The notes beneath the pieces were generated by a model. The model was not told the DNA's origin and made no database searches. It saw only the letters and a program-made list of their open reading frames with translations. Below are positions 1-10,808 of a stretch of 64,000 bases of DNA, piece after piece; the stretch's first letter is position 1, and each line of letters opens with the position of its first letter. Where the stretch lies: contig CAYYMS010000002.1 in the NCBI GenBank assembly GCA_964473015.1, positions 154,550-218,549 of the forward strand, given 5' to 3'. Position numbers and translations under genes: made by a program. The DNA is from an uncultured Anaeroplasmataceae bacterium. GTDB lineage: Bacteria > Bacillota_I > Bacilli_A > Acholeplasmatales > Anaeroplasmataceae.

Positions 1-2
1 CG

Positions 3-233
3 ATTTGTATTTTAATTAATCTGATGATTTTTAGAAATTTTCAAAAATTATTAGCTTTTGGAATTGCTACTTTTTTAATTCTATTTGTTCTTATTTTAGA
101 TTTTATATATATAAAATGTGCGACAAAGGGAGAAGTTAAAAATACAAAAGTTGTGGTTTTAACCGATACCTTTATTATAGCTATAGCTGTTTATCTTTTA
201 CTTATATTTTTATACGTTATGGGGGTAATCTAA
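3..233 (+). CDS. Membrane protein, probably 5'-truncated by the window edge
   Basis: The frame is open from base 3 to the stop at 233. Two hydrophobic segments; no RBS before ATG 24; stop overlaps the lspA start (TAATG). Confidence 0.5.
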   Translation: MCILINLMIFRNFQKLLAFGIATFLILFVLILDFIYIKCATKGEVKNTKVVVLTDTFIIAIAVYLLLIFLYVMGVI

Positions 234-757
234 TGGGAATTACATGCTTATTATTTTTTATACTTTATATGCTGGACCAAATCTCAAAATATCTTGTACA
301 AGTTTGGCAGCCAACTTCAGTAAAGGCTATACCCCATTTTTTAACATTTGACTTAAATTATAATCGTGGTATGGCTTGGGGAATGTTTTCCGATAATACA
401 TGGATACTTGTTATTATAAGTGTGATTGCTTCGATTGCTTTGGGATATTTTTGCTTAAAGAATGATTGGAAAAGAGCCAAATTTCAATCTCTATCCTTAA
501 CTATGGCCTTTGCTGGATGTGTAGGGAATTTATTTGATAGAGCTATTTCCATCATTCCAAGATTGAATGAAGGTAGAATAGGTGTAGTTGATATGATCTC
601 CTTTGAACCATTAAATGCAATTTCAAGATTAATATCAGGAAATGATTTTCCAATATTCAATTTAGCGGATGCCTTTTTGGTTTGTGGAATTATAATGTAT
701 GGCATTGATTTTATATTTTTTGTGGATAAGAGGAAGAAAAAATATGCAAAAAATTAA
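233..757 (+). CDS. lspA: Lipoprotein signal peptidase II
   Basis: Motifs NRGMAWG, GNLFDR, VVD and FPIFNLAD; multiple TM segments; adjacent to a RluA-family gene as in Bacilli. Confidence 0.93.
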   Translation: MGITCLLFFILYMLDQISKYLVQVWQPTSVKAIPHFLTFDLNYNRGMAWGMFSDNTWILVIISVIASIALGYFCLKNDWKRAKFQSLSLTMAFAGCVGNLFDRAISIIPRLNEGRIGVVDMISFEPLNAISRLISGNDFPIFNLADAFLVCGIIMYGIDFIFFVDKRKKKYAKN

Positions 758-1640
758 AATTACAGAAGAAAATGTTGGCATCCGTATGGATAAGGCCATT
801 AAGAATTTATTACCGGACTATTCTAGGGCATACATATCAAAATGCATAGATGAAGAGAAAATTCTTCTTAATAATAAGCCTTTTAAACCATCCCTAATTA
901 CAAAACAAGGGGATGAAATCACTATTTTAGATATTGAGCCTAAAGAATTAGAAATCGCAGCAACCAATTTAAATTTAGATATAATTTATGAAGATAAGGA
1001 TATTGCTATTGTAAATAAACCAAAAGGTATGGTGGTTCATCCTGCAAATGGAAATTATGAAAATACATTGGTTAATGGCTTATTATACGAATTAGATGAT
1101 TTATCAGAAATAAATGGTGTGATTCGACCAGGTATCGTTCATAGAATTGATAAAGATACCACAGGTCTTTTAATGATTGCTAAAACAGATAAAGCTTCGA
1201 AATCTTTGACTGAGCAACTAAAAAATCATTTATGTAAAAGAACCTATCATGCCCTTGTATATGGTGTGATTCAAGAAAATAAAGGTAGAATTCATGCTCC
1301 TATTGGAAGAAGTAAAGAAGATAGAAAAAAGATGGCAGTAGATAAAGATGGTAAAGATGCAATTACCAATTTTACCGTTTTGAAAAGATTTAAGAATTTT
1401 ACCTACATAGAATGTCAGCTTGAAACTGGAAGAACACACCAAATTCGTGTTCATTTCGAATATATTGGACATCCTTTAGTAGGAGATCAAACGTATGGAA
1501 GAAGAAAAGTTATAGGAGACCAAGGTCAATTTCTACATGCAAAAACGATAGGATTTCTACATCCAAGTACAAATGAATTTATGGAGTTTGATAGTGAACT
1601 TCCTCAATATTTTAAAGACTTTATGGATACTTTAGATTAA
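744..1640 (+). CDS. rluD: RluA/RluD-family pseudouridine synthase with S4 domain
   Basis: Motifs VNKPKGMVVHP, HRIDKDTTG and TGRTHQIRVH. Start set at ATG 744 after the AGAGGA RBS. Confidence 0.9.
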   Translation: MQKIKITEENVGIRMDKAIKNLLPDYSRAYISKCIDEEKILLNNKPFKPSLITKQGDEITILDIEPKELEIAATNLNLDIIYEDKDIAIVNKPKGMVVHPANGNYENTLVNGLLYELDDLSEINGVIRPGIVHRIDKDTTGLLMIAKTDKASKSLTEQLKNHLCKRTYHALVYGVIQENKGRIHAPIGRSKEDRKKMAVDKDGKDAITNFTVLKRFKNFTYIECQLETGRTHQIRVHFEYIGHPLVGDQTYGRRKVIGDQGQFLHAKTIGFLHPSTNEFMEFDSELPQYFKDFMDTLD

Positions 1641-1747
1641 AAAATTAAAATCAATTATACTTTATGAAATCAGGGTTATATAAATAAAATCTTGGTTTTA
1701 TTTTTATTCTAAAATATTCAAAAAATATAGAAATTAATTCGATAATA

Positions 1748-1756
1748 TGCTATAAT
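1748..1756 (+). promoter_or_regulatory. Extended -10 sigma-A promoter element of the his operon
   Basis: TGcTATAAT about 37 nt before the hisZ ATG, followed by a GGAGG RBS. Confidence 0.55.
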
Positions 1757-1793
1757 CATAAAAATATATTTCAAAAAATGGAGGTTTTAACGT

Positions 1794-2984
1794 ATGAAAG
1801 ATTATAAACTGCAAATCTCAGAGGGATATCGCGATATATTTGGTAAAGAAATGCTAGTTAAAAAAGAAATTGAAAAAAGATTGCTTTCTTTATTTAAAAG
1901 TTTTGGTTATGAATTGATAAAAACTCCTACCGTAGAATATATTGATGTATATTCAAATGATGGACTACAAAAACCAGATGTTTATAATTTAATAAATCGA
2001 CAAGGTGAAGTTCTTGCATTATGTAATGATATGACATCCTCCATTGCTAGATTTGTATCATCTAATCCTATAGAACCACCATTGAAATATTGTTATAGTG
2101 CCGATGTCTTTCGATATCCAAAACAATATCAAGGAAAAAACCACCAATTTTTGCAGGGTGGTATAGAAATTATAGGGGATGATTCGATTCAAAGTGATGT
2201 AGAATCCATATATTTAGGTTATAAATGTTTAAAGAATTGTGGAATTAATACCTTTACAATACATATTGGATCTGCAGAGTTTTTAAGTTCTTTATTTGAA
2301 GATTTGCATATTTCAGAAAAAGTGAGGAAAGAAATCACCTTACAAATAGAACGTAAAAATTATGTAGAATTAGAAAATATTCTTAAAAGTAACTTAAAAG
2401 AAGAGGAAGTAAGCCTTATTATAGATCTTATGCTTAGAGGTGGTAGACTTACCTTTATAGAAGGCTTGCTAAAGAAATTTGAAAAATCAAAATCTTTTGT
2501 ATCCTTAAATTATTTAAAAAATTTATATTTAACTTTACAAAAACTTGGGGTTGAAAGCATTCTTTTTGATTTTTCCATTTATTCTTATGCGTCTTATTAT
2601 ACAGGAATTATATTTTCCTTTTATGTGGATGGCGTATCAAAGGCCATTCTAGAAGGTGGAAGGTGTGCAGATTTATTTAAAAGTTTTGGTAAAAACTATA
2701 ATGATGTTGGATTTGGAATCGATATAGATGCACTTACCTCTTATGTTCTTATCCATAATTTAATCAATTGTTCTCAAGAAAAATATCTATCTTTTTCAAA
2801 AGATGAGGACTTGACTTTTGCTAATTTAAAAAATGAAGATTTTCGAAATAAAAAAATTGTTGTGAATCATTTACATTTTTCTTCATTAAAAGATGCCATC
2901 GATTATGCCCAAAAGAACAAATATGATAAAGTGATTGAATATAAAGGAAATACATTTAAGCTTTGGGAGGTAGAAACATGTTAA
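1794..2984 (+). CDS. hisZ: ATP phosphoribosyltransferase regulatory subunit
   Basis: HisRS-like fold (EGYRD, TPTVEY, YYTGIIF, GGR, GFGIDID) directly upstream of a short hisG. Confidence 0.9.
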   Translation: MKDYKLQISEGYRDIFGKEMLVKKEIEKRLLSLFKSFGYELIKTPTVEYIDVYSNDGLQKPDVYNLINRQGEVLALCNDMTSSIARFVSSNPIEPPLKYCYSADVFRYPKQYQGKNHQFLQGGIEIIGDDSIQSDVESIYLGYKCLKNCGINTFTIHIGSAEFLSSLFEDLHISEKVRKEITLQIERKNYVELENILKSNLKEEEVSLIIDLMLRGGRLTFIEGLLKKFEKSKSFVSLNYLKNLYLTLQKLGVESILFDFSIYSYASYYTGIIFSFYVDGVSKAILEGGRCADLFKSFGKNYNDVGFGIDIDALTSYVLIHNLINCSQEKYLSFSKDEDLTFANLKNEDFRNKKIVVNHLHFSSLKDAIDYAQKNKYDKVIEYKGNTFKLWEVETC

Positions 2985-3619
2985 CATTTGCTCTACCAAA
3001 GGGAAGACTTGCAAATAAAATATTTGAATATTTAAGAGAATTAAATCTGTGCGATATTGAATTATCTGAAGATGATAGAAGATTAATACTTGAGTCAAAA
3101 GATAAAAAATATAAGTTTTTTTTAGCAAAACCAAGCGATGTACCAACGTTTGTTGAATATGGGGTTGCCGATTTAGGTGTAGTTGGCAAAGATACAATAT
3201 TAGAAGAAAATCGTGATATTACGGAAGTCTTGGATTTAGGATTTGGTGCTTGCAAAATGTGTATTTGTGCCAAAAAAGAAGATGGAAGTCGATATGAGGA
3301 AATGCCTATTGTTCGTGTAGCAACAAAATATCCAAATATTTCAAAAAGATATTTTGACCATCTACATAAAAACACAAACATAATTAAATTAAATGGATCA
3401 GTCGAATTAGGACCTATTACAGGTCTTTCGGATGTTATAATTGATATTGTAGAAAGTGGTAAAACCTTAAAGGAAAATGGGTTAGAGGTTGTTCGAGTAA
3501 TTCATGAATTATCTGCAAGACTTGTTGTGAATAATGCCTCGATAAAAACAAAGTATGAAGATATTCAAAAAATAATACATGGCTTTAGGGATATCATTGG
3601 AAGTGAGGGAAGAAAATGA
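2978..3619 (+). CDS. hisG: ATP phosphoribosyltransferase, short form
   Basis: Motifs ALPKGRL, ADLGVVGKD, VATKYP, GSVELGP and DIVESGKTL. Start at ATG 2978 after GGAGG. Confidence 0.95.
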   Translation: MLTFALPKGRLANKIFEYLRELNLCDIELSEDDRRLILESKDKKYKFFLAKPSDVPTFVEYGVADLGVVGKDTILEENRDITEVLDLGFGACKMCICAKKEDGSRYEEMPIVRVATKYPNISKRYFDHLHKNTNIIKLNGSVELGPITGLSDVIIDIVESGKTLKENGLEVVRVIHELSARLVVNNASIKTKYEDIQKIIHGFRDIIGSEGRK

Positions 3620-4902
3620 TAGATATAATAAAGAATAAAGTGGATATTGATTTTTTCTTCGAAGAATTAAAAACTCGTAATAAGGTATCGGAAGGAAAGC
3701 ATTATGATATTGTTAAAGATATTCTTCAGGATGTTTTAAAAAATAAAGATGAGGCTTTAGAAAAATATACAAAGCAATTTGATGATAGAAATTTTAGTAT
3801 ATCGAATGTTGAAGTTACAAAAGAAGAACAAAGAATGGCCTTTGAGAGCCTAGACAGCAAACTAAAGCAGGTATTATATCGTGCAAAGGATCGAATTTAT
3901 TCTTACCATTTGCATCAAAAAAGAGAAACCTGGATGTATGAAGGAGAATTAGGAGAACAATTAGGACAAAAAATAACCCCTATCTCTACCGTTGGAGTAT
4001 ATGTTCCAGGGGGCAAAGCTGCTTATCCATCGTCCGTATTGATGAATGTAATCCCTGCCAAGGTTGCAGGTGTAAAAAATATTACTATGGTTACTCCAGC
4101 AGTGAATGGGCAAATTAATCCTTTAGTTTTAGCGGCTGCCTATGTTTGTGAAGTGGATCATATTTATAAAATTGGTGGTGCTCAAGCAATAGCTGCTTTA
4201 GCCTATGGCACAGAAAGTATCCCTAAAGTAGATAAAATTGTTGGCCCAGGAAATATATTTGTTGCTCTAGCAAAAAAAGAAGTATATGGAGTCGTAGGCA
4301 TCGATTCTATAGCAGGTCCAAGTGAAATTTGTATAATAGCCGATCATACCTCTGATGAGGAATTTATAGCGGCAGACTTATTAGGTCAAGCCGAGCATGA
4401 TGAACTGGCTTCCTCTATACTCTTTATTACAGATGAAAGTAAGGCAACAGAAATTAAGAAAAATGTTAATAAGTTTTATAATCAATCGAATAGAAAAGGT
4501 ATTTTAGATTCATCCTTAAAAAAGTATTCTAAAATAATTATTGTAAAAGATGTTAAAGAGGCAATTGCCTATGTGAATTGGCTTGCTCCTGAGCATTTAG
4601 AATTGGCCTTTAACCAGGCGATGGATTATATTGACGACATAGAAAATGCAGGTGCTATTTTTATTGGACATTATTCTCCAGAAAGTTTAGGAGATTATAT
4701 GGCAGGTCCAAATCACGTTTTACCTACGGTACAAACAGCAAGATTTTTTTCACCACTTGGAGTCGATGATTTTATAAAGAAGAGTTCCTTAATTTCTTTT
4801 AGTAAAGAATCTGCAGAAAAACTAATCGATGATGTGGATATTTTTGCTATGGCAGAAGGACTAGAAATGCATGCTTTATCGGCAAGAGTAAGGAGAAAAT
4901 AA
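3616..4902 (+). CDS. hisD: Histidinol dehydrogenase
   Basis: Motifs [39 protein letters not shown] and GPNHVLPT. Confidence 0.96.
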   Translation: MIDIIKNKVDIDFFFEELKTRNKVSEGKHYDIVKDILQDVLKNKDEALEKYTKQFDDRNFSISNVEVTKEEQRMAFESLDSKLKQVLYRAKDRIYSYHLHQKRETWMYEGELGEQLGQKITPISTVGVYVPGGKAAYPSSVLMNVIPAKVAGVKNITMVTPAVNGQINPLVLAAAYVCEVDHIYKIGGAQAIAALAYGTESIPKVDKIVGPGNIFVALAKKEVYGVVGIDSIAGPSEICIIADHTSDEEFIAADLLGQAEHDELASSILFITDESKATEIKKNVNKFYNQSNRKGILDSSLKKYSKIIIVKDVKEAIAYVNWLAPEHLELAFNQAMDYIDDIENAGAIFIGHYSPESLGDYMAGPNHVLPTVQTARFFSPLGVDDFIKKSSLISFSKESAEKLIDDVDIFAMAEGLEMHALSARVRRK

Positions 4903-4903
4903 T

Positions 4904-5926
4904 ATGAAGTATTTAAAGAAAAGTTTTACCTCTATGCAGCCATACATCTCTAAAAAGATGAAAGATGGTATTATCTTAAATGCGAATGAGGCACCTTATC
5001 TACCACCAAAAGAAGTATTAGAATGTTTCAAAAAAGAAATTCTAGATTTAGACTATAATCGATATCCTGATATGGAAGCAATCGAGTTACGTAGTGCAAT
5101 TGCCTCTCATTTTCACCTTGATACTAGTGAGGTTACTTGTGGAGTTGGATCAGACGAATTATTAGAGGTGACATTTAAAGCCGTTTTAGAAGAAAATGAT
5201 GTTGTATTATCTTTTTCTCCATCTTTTTCAATGTATAAAGTTTTTGCTGATTTAACTTTAGCAAATTTTCAAGAAATATTTTTTAAGGAAGATTATTCAT
5301 TTTCTATAGAAGAAATGATAAATGCCATAAAAAAATACAATCCTAAGTTAATTCTTATATGTAATCCAAATAATCCTACAGGAAGTTTCATTGAAAAAAA
5401 AGATATAATCCGAATAATTGAAGCAACAAAGGCTTTAGTTCTACTCGATTTTGCTTATATTGATTTTGCAAAAGAAGATTATTCTTTTTTGGCTAAAGAA
5501 TATACGAATGTTATCGTTTTTAGAACCTTTTCAAAAGCGATGGCACTTCCTTCTATACGAGTAGGGTATGCAATTTCTTGTAAGGAGAATATTGATATGA
5601 TAAATGCCGTTAAAGCACCTTATTCTGTAACTAGTATTTCCCAAATTCTTGCAAGAATAGCCATAGAGCACTATGATCTATATAAAATAAAAATTGATAA
5701 TGTCATTCTAGAGCGACAAAGAGTTTATGAAGCATTAAAAAATTATTTTACTATATATCCTTCTCAAGCAAATTTCTTATTTATAAAATTATCCGATGAT
5801 ATAAATAACGAATTAATTAAAAATCATATATATATTCGAAAAATGAAAAAGAATATGTATCGTATTACCATCGGAAATCAAGAAGAAAATAATCAATTGA
5901 TAAAGGTTGTGATGAAATATGCGTAA
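4904..5926 (+). CDS. hisC: Histidinol-phosphate aminotransferase
   Basis: Motifs LNANE, RYPD, GSDE, NPNNPTG and the PLP lysine in RTFSKA. Confidence 0.93.
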   Translation: MKYLKKSFTSMQPYISKKMKDGIILNANEAPYLPPKEVLECFKKEILDLDYNRYPDMEAIELRSAIASHFHLDTSEVTCGVGSDELLEVTFKAVLEENDVVLSFSPSFSMYKVFADLTLANFQEIFFKEDYSFSIEEMINAIKKYNPKLILICNPNNPTGSFIEKKDIIRIIEATKALVLLDFAYIDFAKEDYSFLAKEYTNVIVFRTFSKAMALPSIRVGYAISCKENIDMINAVKAPYSVTSISQILARIAIEHYDLYKIKIDNVILERQRVYEALKNYFTIYPSQANFLFIKLSDDINNELIKNHIYIRKMKKNMYRITIGNQEENNQLIKVVMKYA

Positions 5927-6503
5927 CGCAGTAATTGAAAGAAAAACAAAAGAAACGAATATAAAGTGCTTATTAGAATTAGATGGTGAAGGAAAGGCAA
6001 ATATTGAATCTGGAATTGGTTTTTTTGACCATATGCTTAATACTTTAGCCAAGCATGCAAATTTTAATTTAGATTTCCTATGCAAAGGAGATTTAAATGT
6101 AGATACGCATCATACAATAGAGGATAGCGGAATTGTTTTAGGACAAGCTTTTTATAAGGCATTAGGAAACAGAGAAGGAATTTCTAGATATCAAAATTTT
6201 GTTATGCCTATGGATGATGCTTTAGTACTATGCAGTATCGACATTTGCAATCGTGGCTATTATGCATCTAATGTAACTTTTAATTGCGATAAGGTTGGTG
6301 ATTTCGAAACTGAAACGACAAATGAATTTTTTAGAAGCTTTGCAGAACATGCAAAAATTAATTTACATTTTGTTGTTTATCGAGGAGAAAATGCGCATCA
6401 TCTAATTGAGGCAATGTTTAAATCCTTTGCAAAATGTCTAAAAGATTCTATTGTTATTCAGGCGGCTCTAAAAGGTCCATTATCGACAAAGGGTGTATTA
6501 TGA
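5919..6503 (+). CDS. hisB: Imidazoleglycerol-phosphate dehydratase (monofunctional)
   Basis: Motifs RKTKET, GFFDHML, DTHHTIED, PMDDAL, NAHH and STKG. Confidence 0.95.
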   Translation: MRNAVIERKTKETNIKCLLELDGEGKANIESGIGFFDHMLNTLAKHANFNLDFLCKGDLNVDTHHTIEDSGIVLGQAFYKALGNREGISRYQNFVMPMDDALVLCSIDICNRGYYASNVTFNCDKVGDFETETTNEFFRSFAEHAKINLHFVVYRGENAHHLIEAMFKSFAKCLKDSIVIQAALKGPLSTKGVL

Positions 6504-7096
6504 TTGCAATAATAGATTATGGGATTGGAAATCTTGGAAGTGTAAAAAATGCTTTTATAAATTTGCATTTTGATGTTATAGTAACTTCAAAAGAAGAGGA
6601 AATTTTATTGGCCGATAAAATCGTATTACCTGGTGTTGGTGCATTTGAAGATGCGATAAATGCCTTAAAGAAATTAAATTTGGACAAAGTCGTATTTAAG
6701 TGCATAGAAATGAAGAAACCCATTTTAGGTATTTGTGTTGGCATGCAAATGCTATTTGAATATTCCTATGAATATGGTAAACATAAGGGATTAGGTATTT
6801 TTAAAGGAAATATTATAAAATTTGATGAAGGTTTAGATAAGATTCCACATATTGGTTGGAATAAAATACATAAGCAATACCCAAGTAAATTATTAAATGG
6901 TTTAGATGATCCCTATGTTTATTTTGTTCACTCCTATCATGTGGATGCATCGTGCTATACCATTGCAACTACAAATTATGCAGGTGTAGAGTTTCCTTCG
7001 GTTGTTGCGAAGGATAATATTTATGCAACGCAATTTCATCCAGAAAAAAGTGGAGAAATCGGATTGAAAATTTTAAAGAATTTTGGTGATTTGTAA
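6500..7096 (+). CDS. hisH: Imidazole glycerol phosphate synthase glutaminase subunit
   Basis: Motifs DYGIGN, LPGVGAF, GICVGMQ, YFVHSY and QFHPEKS. Start at ATG 6500. Confidence 0.95.
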   Translation: MIAIIDYGIGNLGSVKNAFINLHFDVIVTSKEEEILLADKIVLPGVGAFEDAINALKKLNLDKVVFKCIEMKKPILGICVGMQMLFEYSYEYGKHKGLGIFKGNIIKFDEGLDKIPHIGWNKIHKQYPSKLLNGLDDPYVYFVHSYHVDASCYTIATTNYAGVEFPSVVAKDNIYATQFHPEKSGEIGLKILKNFGDL

Positions 7097-7806
7097 TGAA
7101 ATTATATCCAGCAATAGATTTACATAATGGAAAATGTGTACGGCTTTATAAAGGTGACTATAATGAAGTAACCGAATATGGGGATGCCATCTCTATGGCA
7201 CAAAAATGGAAAGATTGTGGAGCAAAATTTCTTCATTTGGTAGATTTGGATGGAGCCAAAGATGGAAATAGCCTAAATCTAACCTTAGTGAAAAAAATTA
7301 TTTCCGAAGTGAATATCGATTGTGAACTTGGTGGAGGAATCCGAACCATAAAGCAGATTCAAGAAATATTGGACTTAGGTATTTCTAGAGTTATTTTAGG
7401 CAGTGCGGCCCTAAATTTGTCTTTCGTAAAAGAAGCAATCGAAAAATTTGGAAATGAAAAAATTGTTATAGGTGTAGATTGTAAAGATTTTAAAGTGGCA
7501 ACAAATGGTTGGCTAAATGTTACTGAGATATCTGCTTTAGATTTTTCTTTAAAATTAAAAGAGGTAGGCGTGACAACAATTATATTTACTGATATTAGTA
7601 AGGATGGAACATTAGAAGGCATTAATCTAGAACAAACGAAAGTATTGCTTCAAACGGGTCTCAATGTTATTGCCTCTGGCGGAGCAAGGACACTAGCCGA
7701 TATTGAAAATGCGAAAGCTATTGGATGTGAGGGTATTATTTTAGGAAAATCCATCTATAGTGGTTCCATTGATCTTAAAGAAGCTATTTATAAATATGAG
7801 GATTAA
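7096..7806 (+). CDS. hisA: ProFAR isomerase
   Basis: Motifs PAIDL, HLVDLDGA, GGGIR, TDISKDG and ASGG. Confidence 0.95.
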   Translation: MKLYPAIDLHNGKCVRLYKGDYNEVTEYGDAISMAQKWKDCGAKFLHLVDLDGAKDGNSLNLTLVKKIISEVNIDCELGGGIRTIKQIQEILDLGISRVILGSAALNLSFVKEAIEKFGNEKIVIGVDCKDFKVATNGWLNVTEISALDFSLKLKEVGVTTIIFTDISKDGTLEGINLEQTKVLLQTGLNVIASGGARTLADIENAKAIGCEGIILGKSIYSGSIDLKEAIYKYED

Positions 7807-7809
7807 AAT

Positions 7810-8565
7810 ATGTTAACAAAACGAATTATTCCTTGCCTAGATGTAAAAGAAGGTAGGGTAGTAAAGGGCGTAAATTTCATAGATATAGTAGATGCTGGCG
7901 ATCCGGTTGCAGTTGCTAAGGCTTATTCAAATCTTCAGGCAGATGAACTTGTTTTTTTAGATATTACCGCTTCTTATGAAAAAAGAAGCATATTATTAGA
8001 TGTAGTCAAAAAAACGGCAGAGGTTGTTTTTATTCCTTTAACCGTCGGCGGTGGGATAAACACCTTAGAGGATATTAAGTCTATTTTAGATGCTGGTGCA
8101 GATAAAGTTTCAATTAATTCAGCTGCCGTAAAAGATCCAGATTTAATTAGTCGTGCAGCAAAAAAATATGGGAATCAATGTATAGTTGTTGCGATAGATG
8201 CAAAATTTAATGGGGAATTCTATGAAGTATATATTCATGGAGGAAGAACCAAAACAGGATTAAATGCTGTAGATTGGGCAAAAAAATGCGAACTATTGGG
8301 TGCTGGAGAAATCCTTTTAACAAGTATGGACTGCGATGGATGTAAAAAAGGATATGAATTAAATCTAACACGTGAAGTGGCAACCAAGGTAAATATTCCT
8401 GTTATTGCATCTGGAGGAGCCGGTTCTAAAAAAGATTTCTATGATGTTTTTACCATAGGTAAAGCAGATGCAGCACTTGCAGCATCCTTATTTCATTTTA
8501 AAGAATTAGAGATAAAAGAATTAAAAGAATATTTAAAGAATAAAGGAATTAATATGAGATTATGA
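7810..8565 (+). CDS. hisF: Imidazole glycerol phosphate synthase cyclase subunit
   Basis: Motifs [25 protein letters not shown] and [11 protein letters not shown]. Confidence 0.96.
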   Translation: MLTKRIIPCLDVKEGRVVKGVNFIDIVDAGDPVAVAKAYSNLQADELVFLDITASYEKRSILLDVVKKTAEVVFIPLTVGGGINTLEDIKSILDAGADKVSINSAAVKDPDLISRAAKKYGNQCIVVAIDAKFNGEFYEVYIHGGRTKTGLNAVDWAKKCELLGAGEILLTSMDCDGCKKGYELNLTREVATKVNIPVIASGGAGSKKDFYDVFTIGKADAALAASLFHFKELEIKELKEYLKNKGINMRL

Positions 8566-9209
8566 ATAAGAGTGAATTATTAAAGGAAGTAAAATATGAT
8601 TCGAACGGATTAGTCGTTTGTATCATTCAGGATTATCATTCGAAAAAAGTTAGAATGGTTGCTTATATGAATCAAGAGGCATTAGAACTCACTTTAAAAA
8701 CAAAACAAATGACCTATTTTTCAAGAAGCAGAAACACCTTATGGGTAAAAGGAGAAAGTTCAGGTTATTTTCAATACTTAAAAGGAGTTTCTATTGACTG
8801 TGATGGAGATGCCTTACTTTTCCAAGTGGAGCAAGTAGGTGGAATTTCTTGCCATACAGGAAATGCAAGTTGTTTTTATCGGGATTTAGAAGAGGATATT
8901 GAAATTACAGTGAATCGCAATAAAATCTCTTCTCATTTAAGTGAATTTCAAAATTTAGAGGAAACCATTCATGATAGAATGCTTCATCCTAAAGAGGGCT
9001 CTTACACGAATTATTTATTGGATAAGGGAGATAATAAAATCTTAAAAAAAATTGGAGAAGAAGCTACTGAGGTCATCATCGCTTGTAAAGAAAATAAAAA
9101 AGAAGAAATTATTTTTGAAATCACCGATTTGATTTATCATTTGACGGTAGAAATGGCTCTAAAAGGAATCTCTTGGAACAACATAGAAGAAGAATTAAAA
9201 AAAAGGTAA
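8562..9209 (+). CDS. hisIE: Bifunctional phosphoribosyl-AMP cyclohydrolase / phosphoribosyl-ATP pyrophosphatase
   Basis: Motifs SRSR..LW.KGESSG, DCDGD, CHTG..SCF, SYT..L and KKIGEEATE. Confidence 0.94.
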   Translation: MNKSELLKEVKYDSNGLVVCIIQDYHSKKVRMVAYMNQEALELTLKTKQMTYFSRSRNTLWVKGESSGYFQYLKGVSIDCDGDALLFQVEQVGGISCHTGNASCFYRDLEEDIEITVNRNKISSHLSEFQNLEETIHDRMLHPKEGSYTNYLLDKGDNKILKKIGEEATEVIIACKENKKEEIIFEITDLIYHLTVEMALKGISWNNIEEELKKR

Positions 9210-9364
9210 AATTGAAAAGAAATTTACCTTTTTTTCTTTTCTAAATAATGCAATATTCGCTAATTTTAATGAAAAAGATTGTTATTGTATAAAAAAATTG
9301 TTAAAATATAGATAGAATAGTTTTCGATAATCCCACCCACTTAAGTGCGAAAAGGAGAAAAAGT

Positions 9365-10798
9365 ATGATTGAATATAGAACCGAAGGAAAAATAATTGTT
9401 TTAACAGGTTGTACCGAAGAGGAAGAGGAACTTGATATACCTGAATACATTGAAGGAATGCCTGTAGGAAAAATAGATGCAAATTCTTTTAATGAATTAC
9501 CAAAATTGAAAAAGCTAATACTTCCTAAGACATTACGTGTAATTGGTGAATATGCTTTTGCAAGTTGCCAAAATCTTTCTGAAATTGTTTTTGAAGAGGG
9601 ATTGGAGGTTATTGATGACTGGGCTTTCATCAGCTGCAATATCTCTACGATTTTACTTCCGAATAGTGTTAAAAAAATTGGAGAGAATGCTTTTATGGGA
9701 AATGAGTGTAGAGACATGATTCTTGCACGCAAAACCCAAACGGAAAAAAAGAAAATTGCTTTACCAAAAAAATTTAATACAGCGGTATTTCCTATAGGGC
9801 TTGTTGATAGCATTGAGAATATAACTAAAGATATAATTATTGAACGTGCAAAGTACTATGATGCTTCCTATGAGGAGGTAGAAGAGAAAAATTTGGATCC
9901 TTCTACACTAGATTTACCATTCATATTTGATAATACAGAATTTCTTATCGCTTTAACCAGCCTACAGCCACTAGAGGCTCCTGTTATAAAAATTTCTAAG
10001 GAATCTGAAGAAATTATAGGGCTATATGAAGAAGAAGATCCTGACTTTTTAGTATTAAAGGTAGAGATATTAGAAAAAGAAATAGTCTTTGGAGAGTTTT
10101 TAATAAAAGTTCCTTATTTAGAGGAAGCAACTTTTGCTATAGAAAATATATATTCCGTTGAAGAACAAAATGGATACCGATATTTTATTCATACTTGTGC
10201 AAATTTATCTTGTTTTGGAAATGGAAATTTGAATAGAGAATTCGCTTTTAATCATTTTAAAGAATTAGAGGGTAAATTTCATACACAATTGAATCATCAA
10301 TTGATTTCTGAAGAGATTTATTTGGAATTAATCAATAAATTAAAAGAAATTTCTTTGGAAACCTTAAAAGATTTTTTCAAGCAAGTAAATGGATCTCCAA
10401 TACTTAATTATATTATAAAGGTTTTTAAAGCATTATTGAATGATAAAGATTTAGATAAGAATAAAATTATGCAATTCATCCAAAAAGAGTTACAAACGAT
10501 TTATGAAACTATTGGAGATTATACCTCCTTTGAAGAAATATGCTTTAATCTGAAAAATGCAACTAATTTTTTTACAGAATTAACCCATTTAAGTTTAGAC
10601 GAATTGAATCAAAAATATAGAGTGTATATTCAAGATGAAAAAGGTAAATTTCTATCGATTGAACGAATAGGAAAATATAGAAAGGATTTTATTGAGGATG
10701 AATTCAATTATACACTTCATGCCGATTTTTTAAACTATATATACCAAGTAATGGATTCAATCAATTTAGAATATTCTATGAAAACATATCAAGAATAG
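9365..10798 (+). CDS. Protein with N-terminal BspA-type leucine-rich repeats and an unassigned C-terminal region
   Basis: Repeats LPKTLRVIGEYAF, FEEGLEVIDDWAF and LPNSVKKIGENAF; strong RBS; no signal peptide visible. Confidence 0.7.
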   Translation: MIEYRTEGKIIVLTGCTEEEEELDIPEYIEGMPVGKIDANSFNELPKLKKLILPKTLRVIGEYAFASCQNLSEIVFEEGLEVIDDWAFISCNISTILLPNSVKKIGENAFMGNECRDMILARKTQTEKKKIALPKKFNTAVFPIGLVDSIENITKDIIIERAKYYDASYEEVEEKNLDPSTLDLPFIFDNTEFLIALTSLQPLEAPVIKISKESEEIIGLYEEEDPDFLVLKVEILEKEIVFGEFLIKVPYLEEATFAIENIYSVEEQNGYRYFIHTCANLSCFGNGNLNREFAFNHFKELEGKFHTQLNHQLISEEIYLELINKLKEISLETLKDFFKQVNGSPILNYIIKVFKALLNDKDLDKNKIMQFIQKELQTIYETIGDYTSFEEICFNLKNATNFFTELTHLSLDELNQKYRVYIQDEKGKFLSIERIGKYRKDFIEDEFNYTLHADFLNYIYQVMDSINLEYSMKTYQE

Positions 10799-10808
10799 GA
10801 GGGATTTT

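Noticed and set aside
1641-1793. T-box or leader-peptide attenuator for the his operon
   Set aside because: No T-box motif, His-codon leader or terminator hairpin is present in the short leader.
9320-9360. TTTTCG...CAC-TTAA-GTG-CGAAAA pairing near the LRR gene RBS as a riboswitch
   Set aside because: Short, weak stems with no match to any riboswitch consensus I recognise.
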